A stretch of 64,000 nucleotides of DNA, from positions 93,223 to 157,222 of the forward strand of contig JAGVLS010000020.1 of NCBI GenBank assembly GCA_020054205.1, given 5' to 3'. A program made the position numbers and the translations under genes. The notes below the pieces were generated by a model. That model saw only the letters and a list, made by a program, of their open reading frames with translations, was not told the origin of the DNA and ran no database searches. Positions 60,622 through 64,000 of this stretch are shown one piece after another; the stretch's first letter is position 1, and each line of letters opens with the position of its first letter. The DNA is from Candidatus Obscuribacterales bacterium. Its GTDB lineage: Bacteria; Cyanobacteriota; Vampirovibrionia; Obscuribacterales; Obscuribacteraceae.

Positions 60622-63159
60622 ATGGTAAAAGAACTTGAAAAATATATACAAGATTTAGCCGATATTACTGCATTTATTGTTGATCGAGCCATTGTCCCAG
60701 AAAAAACCATTGGGCAGGCATGGCTGATATCAAAAGGGCGCGCAGTAACTCTAGCTAGTTCTGTTTTTCATTACACTGAGGCGCCATGGGCTTTAGCATT
60801 GAAATTTCCCTATCCCGACCTAGTATTGTCAGTAAAATCAATTACACTACATCCTGATTTTAATAAAAGAGATGCAAGAAGTAATTATTTGTCAACTGGT
60901 ACTTATCTAAAACCTATATATAGTGTATTTGAAAATGACATAGCTACCGTTACGCTTGAACCAGAATTATTGCCATTAGCTCCTGAAAAAGCAGCAGAGC
61001 TGAATAGAGCAATGGCTTTGCCTCTTAATATCTCACCGCAGGATATGTCAGGGGTAATGCGTGCTCACGAAGCAGGAAGTATTATTCAGCAAGCCTTATC
61101 TACTGGACAATCATCATTGATTACAATGCTTGATGCACGTAATTATCCATTTGCACGTATTTCAATAAAACAAGGACGTATAGCTAAAGCTATATACAAA
61201 AATTTGACTAATGAGCTTGGACTTTGTGAGCTTATTTGGCAAAAACCGCCCGGTAATTTTATTGTTCAAAGTATTGATAATTTTGCATGGAGCAATATTA
61301 CTGATATAAATATTCCAACAGAGCAATTAGGAATTGAAGCTAATCGAAGAGCACAAGAATTACCAAAACTGATTGAAAGTATAGGTGGACCAGATGCTCG
61401 TTATGAACGTAAGCAACAAATTGATATTAATAAATTTGGACAAGGTCAAAGATGGATGGTTGAACAAGTATGGTCAGCCTTAGATGGATATCTCCCGTTT
61501 TCACAAATTACTGAACGCGTGTCTTTAGATACTTACTCTGTAGCAAAAACTTTGTTAGAGTTGAAAAATCAAGATTTAGTTGTGCAAAGCGATAGCGAGC
61601 CTTTTCATAAGAGCTGTGCATTGGGTAATCCATTGATACCAGGCAATGATATTGAAGCAAATGCTGGTGATAATCTTACTGCTTTTTATCTTGATCCTAT
61701 ATCAAAAGCGCCTTGCCGAGAAACTGGTACATTTTTTGGAGCTAAGAGCATATCAAATAATACTTCTCTTCTTCATACAATAAATTTGCCGAATGCAAAA
61801 CATGGAGCTCTAATAATTAAAGAGAAAAGAATTATTGGCGTACATAATGGTCCATATCAAGCAAAACAAGGACAAACAGGTATGCCTGATCATTTAGGGC
61901 ATATGACATGGATTGGTAGCTTAAGTGCAAATAGTGTTGCTAAAAAATTACGCACATCTGAAATGGCCAGTGCTTCTTCTATTGCAGAAGAACCAGAAAC
62001 AATTCCACAAGAAATGTTTGCGTCACAAAAAACAAGTGGTGTGATGAGGAGAATGACTGGTGAACAAAGTTTGTCTGGGACTTATCCTGAAATGGAGCCA
62101 CCAGCAGAAGAACCAGCGCAAGATTTCTTAGGTAGGTTTAGTAAAAATCAAGTTATTGCAGCATCTGCTTTAGTGTTGCTTATTGGAATAGTTATGATTG
62201 CAGCAAGTTTTTTTGCTGGACCAAAAGTACCAAGTAATGTGCCTAGCGGTGAGAAGCCACAACCTGTAAAAAAGATTGATTCTAAGCAAGCAGCAAAAAT
62301 CGCGGTGAATATTGCAGGTTTTAGTCGCGTGCCTCCAAAAGATTTTACTTATGAATTAGTAACTGAAGATCCAGGATTCAGGAAAGATCCAGCCGATCCT
62401 AATAATCCAAATAATGGTGTTGATACTATTGATGAGAATAATGCTTTTGAACTTGTATCAAAACAATTAAACCAACGCATATTGTTTTTGTTGTGGGGCA
62501 ATACTGCTCCCATTGATAATATGGAATTTTTTATTCGAAACAAAACATTGCCTGTATTTAACTGGGAAAAAACTGATGCGAAAAATGTAATGAAAAAAGG
62601 TAAATCAGATAGAATGATTTGGTTCGCTGGGCGTTTTCTAAAGCCAATTATTCCACCGGAAGAAGATCCAGAGGCCAATCTGCTGGAAACAATTGTATAT
62701 ATTGGTGCGTTTCCTAGTCGCAAACCAGGCAGATGTGTTTTTGTTTTAGGTAGAACTTATTCTGATGAAGGTAATTTGGATTTTGGACTAACAAATAAAA
62801 TAGTGGAAGAATTACTTGCTCAATCTAATCCTGACATGGATGGGGAAGAAGCTCAGATCGAATTAGCTACAGCCGAAGAGATTACTGCCTATCGTCAATC
62901 CATAGCAAAAGTGCTACAAGAACACTTTAAGTTGCCGAAAAAATATGACAAAAAAAATCCAGCTTCTATTTTGCTTGTACTCGATAATGAAGGAGAGCCA
63001 ACAAAAATTGAAGTAAAAGGAACCGATGCCTTAGCTGAAGCATTACAAAAATCGGTATTGGCGACCAAGCCATATGCTAAGCCGCCGGTTACTAAGGACA
63101 AGTCAATAGGAATGAATATAACTCTTGTTCAAGACAAAATTGTTGTTGAAGAGCCGTAA
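60622..63159 (+). CDS. Multidomain membrane protein: degenerate trypsin-like fold interrupted by PATAN(DUF4388)+wHTH, one TM helix, extracytoplasmic region ending in a TonB_C-like domain
   Basis: GQAWLISKGRAVTLASSVFH and HPDFNKRD..ENDIATVTLEP (S1-like His/Asp blocks). PATAN: SLITMLDARNYPFARISIKQGRIAKAIYKNLTNELGLCELIWQKPPGNFIV. wHTH: VWSALDGYLPFSQITERVSLDTYSVAKTLLELKNQDLV. Ser-block position NAKHGALIIKEKRIIGVHNG has no Ser. TM helix VIAASALVLLIGIVMIAASFF. C-terminus ASILLVLDNEGEPTKIEVKGTDALAEALQKSVLATKPYAKPP. The start is ATG 60622 or TTG 60601. Confidence 0.5.
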   Translation: MVKELEKYIQDLADITAFIVDRAIVPEKTIGQAWLISKGRAVTLASSVFHYTEAPWALALKFPYPDLVLSVKSITLHPDFNKRDARSNYLSTGTYLKPIYSVFENDIATVTLEPELLPLAPEKAAELNRAMALPLNISPQDMSGVMRAHEAGSIIQQALSTGQSSLITMLDARNYPFARISIKQGRIAKAIYKNLTNELGLCELIWQKPPGNFIVQSIDNFAWSNITDINIPTEQLGIEANRRAQELPKLIESIGGPDARYERKQQIDINKFGQGQRWMVEQVWSALDGYLPFSQITERVSLDTYSVAKTLLELKNQDLVVQSDSEPFHKSCALGNPLIPGNDIEANAGDNLTAFYLDPISKAPCRETGTFFGAKSISNNTSLLHTINLPNAKHGALIIKEKRIIGVHNGPYQAKQGQTGMPDHLGHMTWIGSLSANSVAKKLRTSEMASASSIAEEPETIPQEMFASQKTSGVMRRMTGEQSLSGTYPEMEPPAEEPAQDFLGRFSKNQVIAASALVLLIGIVMIAASFFAGPKVPSNVPSGEKPQPVKKIDSKQAAKIAVNIAGFSRVPPKDFTYELVTEDPGFRKDPADPNNPNNGVDTIDENNAFELVSKQLNQRILFLLWGNTAPIDNMEFFIRNKTLPVFNWEKTDAKNVMKKGKSDRMIWFAGRFLKPIIPPEEDPEANLLETIVYIGAFPSRKPGRCVFVLGRTYSDEGNLDFGLTNKIVEELLAQSNPDMDGEEAQIELATAEEITAYRQSIAKVLQEHFKLPKKYDKKNPASILLVLDNEGEPTKIEVKGTDALAEALQKSVLATKPYAKPPVTKDKSIGMNITLVQDKIVVEEP

Positions 63160-63165
63160 GATGTC

Positions 63166-63195
63166 AGGCGATATGTTTTACGCCTAATTATTTTC
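63166..63195 (+). terminator. Weak candidate terminator
   Basis: AGGCG-ATATGTTTTA-CGCCT followed by AATTATTTTC. Confidence 0.25.
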
Positions 63196-63240
63196 ATTTG
63201 CTAGTTGGTTAATAGTGAAACCAATAGCAAAGGAAATCAT

Positions 63241-63423
63241 ATGCAATCGTTAAATAAGAGTCGGTCAATAAAAATTATTGCAGCAACAAGCTTTTCTTTA
63301 TTGTGGGCAATAGGTTTATTTGGTGTTATGGAAGCTGATCTTTGGACTAGCAAATTGATAATTATGTCTTTTTTGCCATCGTTATCTTTTGGTTTGGATA
63401 AGTTTTTCTATGGTTCAATTTGA
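63241..63423 (+). CDS. Possible 60-aa two-TM membrane protein
   Basis: AAGGAAA lies 6 nt before the ATG at 63241. Sequence: MQSLNKSRSIKIIAATSFSLLWAIGLFGV..LIIMSFLPSLSFGL. Confidence 0.3.
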   Translation: MQSLNKSRSIKIIAATSFSLLWAIGLFGVMEADLWTSKLIIMSFLPSLSFGLDKFFYGSI

Positions 63424-63438
63424 CATAACTAAGCAATT

Positions 63439-64000
63439 TTATTTTATGGTTGTAATAACAGTTTTTGGATAATAATGGCTTAGTATTTGTTTGTAATTGA
63501 AACCAGATTTGGCAAATCCTTGAGCACCATCTTGCTGCAAACCAACTCCATGTCCTGTGCCCAGTCCAAGTATATTCAGCTCTTTTAGAAGACCAAGTGA
63601 ATCATATTTGTGCTCAAAAATAATACGAGCACTTCTTAGTCGTTTTAGTTTAATGTCAGAATTGGCAAAAACTTGACGTATAGTTAGCTCTTTCATAACT
63701 TTCCAAATGCCGTGCGATGTATGAATATTCATATACATAGCAGTTCCTGATACACCTCTTTTAGTAATTTCAAATTTTTGTATGTGCCCAAATGTATTTA
63801 ATTCTGGTCCTTGAATAAACGCGCTAAATTGTTCATTTGATTTTAATGTTTTTATGACGTGATGCATATGAGCCTCTAATGAATCAGCCTTGATTTTTAA
63901 TTGCCAGCGAAAACTATTAGACCAAGCATCTTTAGTCTTTGGATTTTTGCAATAATATAATTCTTTCAATGCTGTTTCATCTGGAAAGCCATTTGGTAAA
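63439..64000 (-). CDS. SpoIID/LytB-domain protein, N-terminus outside the window
   Basis: The C-terminus GHGVGLQQDGAQGFAKSGFNYKQILSHYYPKTVI matches the SpoIID motif (GHGVGxSQxGA...IL.HYY). The frame stays open past 63969 (a TTG, not a real start) to the window edge. Confidence 0.7.
   Translation of the reverse strand, partial: LPNGFPDETALKELYYCKNPKTKDAWSNSFRWQLKIKADSLEAHMHHVIKTLKSNEQFSAFIQGPELNTFGHIQKFEITKRGVSGTAMYMNIHTSHGIWKVMKELTIRQVFANSDIKLKRLRSARIIFEHKYDSLGLLKELNILGLGTGHGVGLQQDGAQGFAKSGFNYKQILSHYYPKTVITTIK

Overview
AT-rich (by eye, not computed) chromosomal segment of 64 kb, densely coding: about 58 protein genes, 2 tRNAs, no rRNA, no CRISPR array, no intact IS or prophage, and no canonical defence system that I can recognise. 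Most of it is housekeeping: rpoB-rpoC1-rpoC2, valS, efp-accB-accC, ftsEX, miaA, aroE, clpS, sppA, plsC, a class A PBP, xerC-like recombinase, cstA and a NupC-type transporter. Beta-prime is split into two genes, and rpoC2 carries a roughly 600-aa insertion in the trigger loop. This is the cyanobacterial RNAP layout, so the organism belongs to Cyanobacteriota in the broad sense. The gene content (Tad-like pseudopilins, ExbBD/TonB-like, CstA, no photosynthesis gene here) fits a non-photosynthetic Vampirovibrionia/Melainabacteria-type genome, but this window alone cannot prove that. I found no clear-cut new system. The candidates worth follow-up are: (1) a co-directional block of three Tad-type pseudopilin-like genes (one with a vWA/MIDAS domain, one with a long Ser/Thr tail) followed by an HTTM gene and its small partner, with no pilus machinery nearby; (2) a valS-downstream operon encoding a PATAN(DUF4388) protein, a thiolase, and a membrane-spanning Rad50/YhaN-like coiled-coil protein with degenerate ATPase motifs; (3) an 845-aa protein that looks like a catalytically dead trypsin fold interrupted by a PATAN+wHTH module, then a TM helix and a TonB_C-like end; (4) three hairpin-forming inverted repeats sharing one half-site in a convergent intergenic region; (5) a ~165-aa acidic tail on RpoB. 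All domain calls come from reading the translations by eye. No database search was run.
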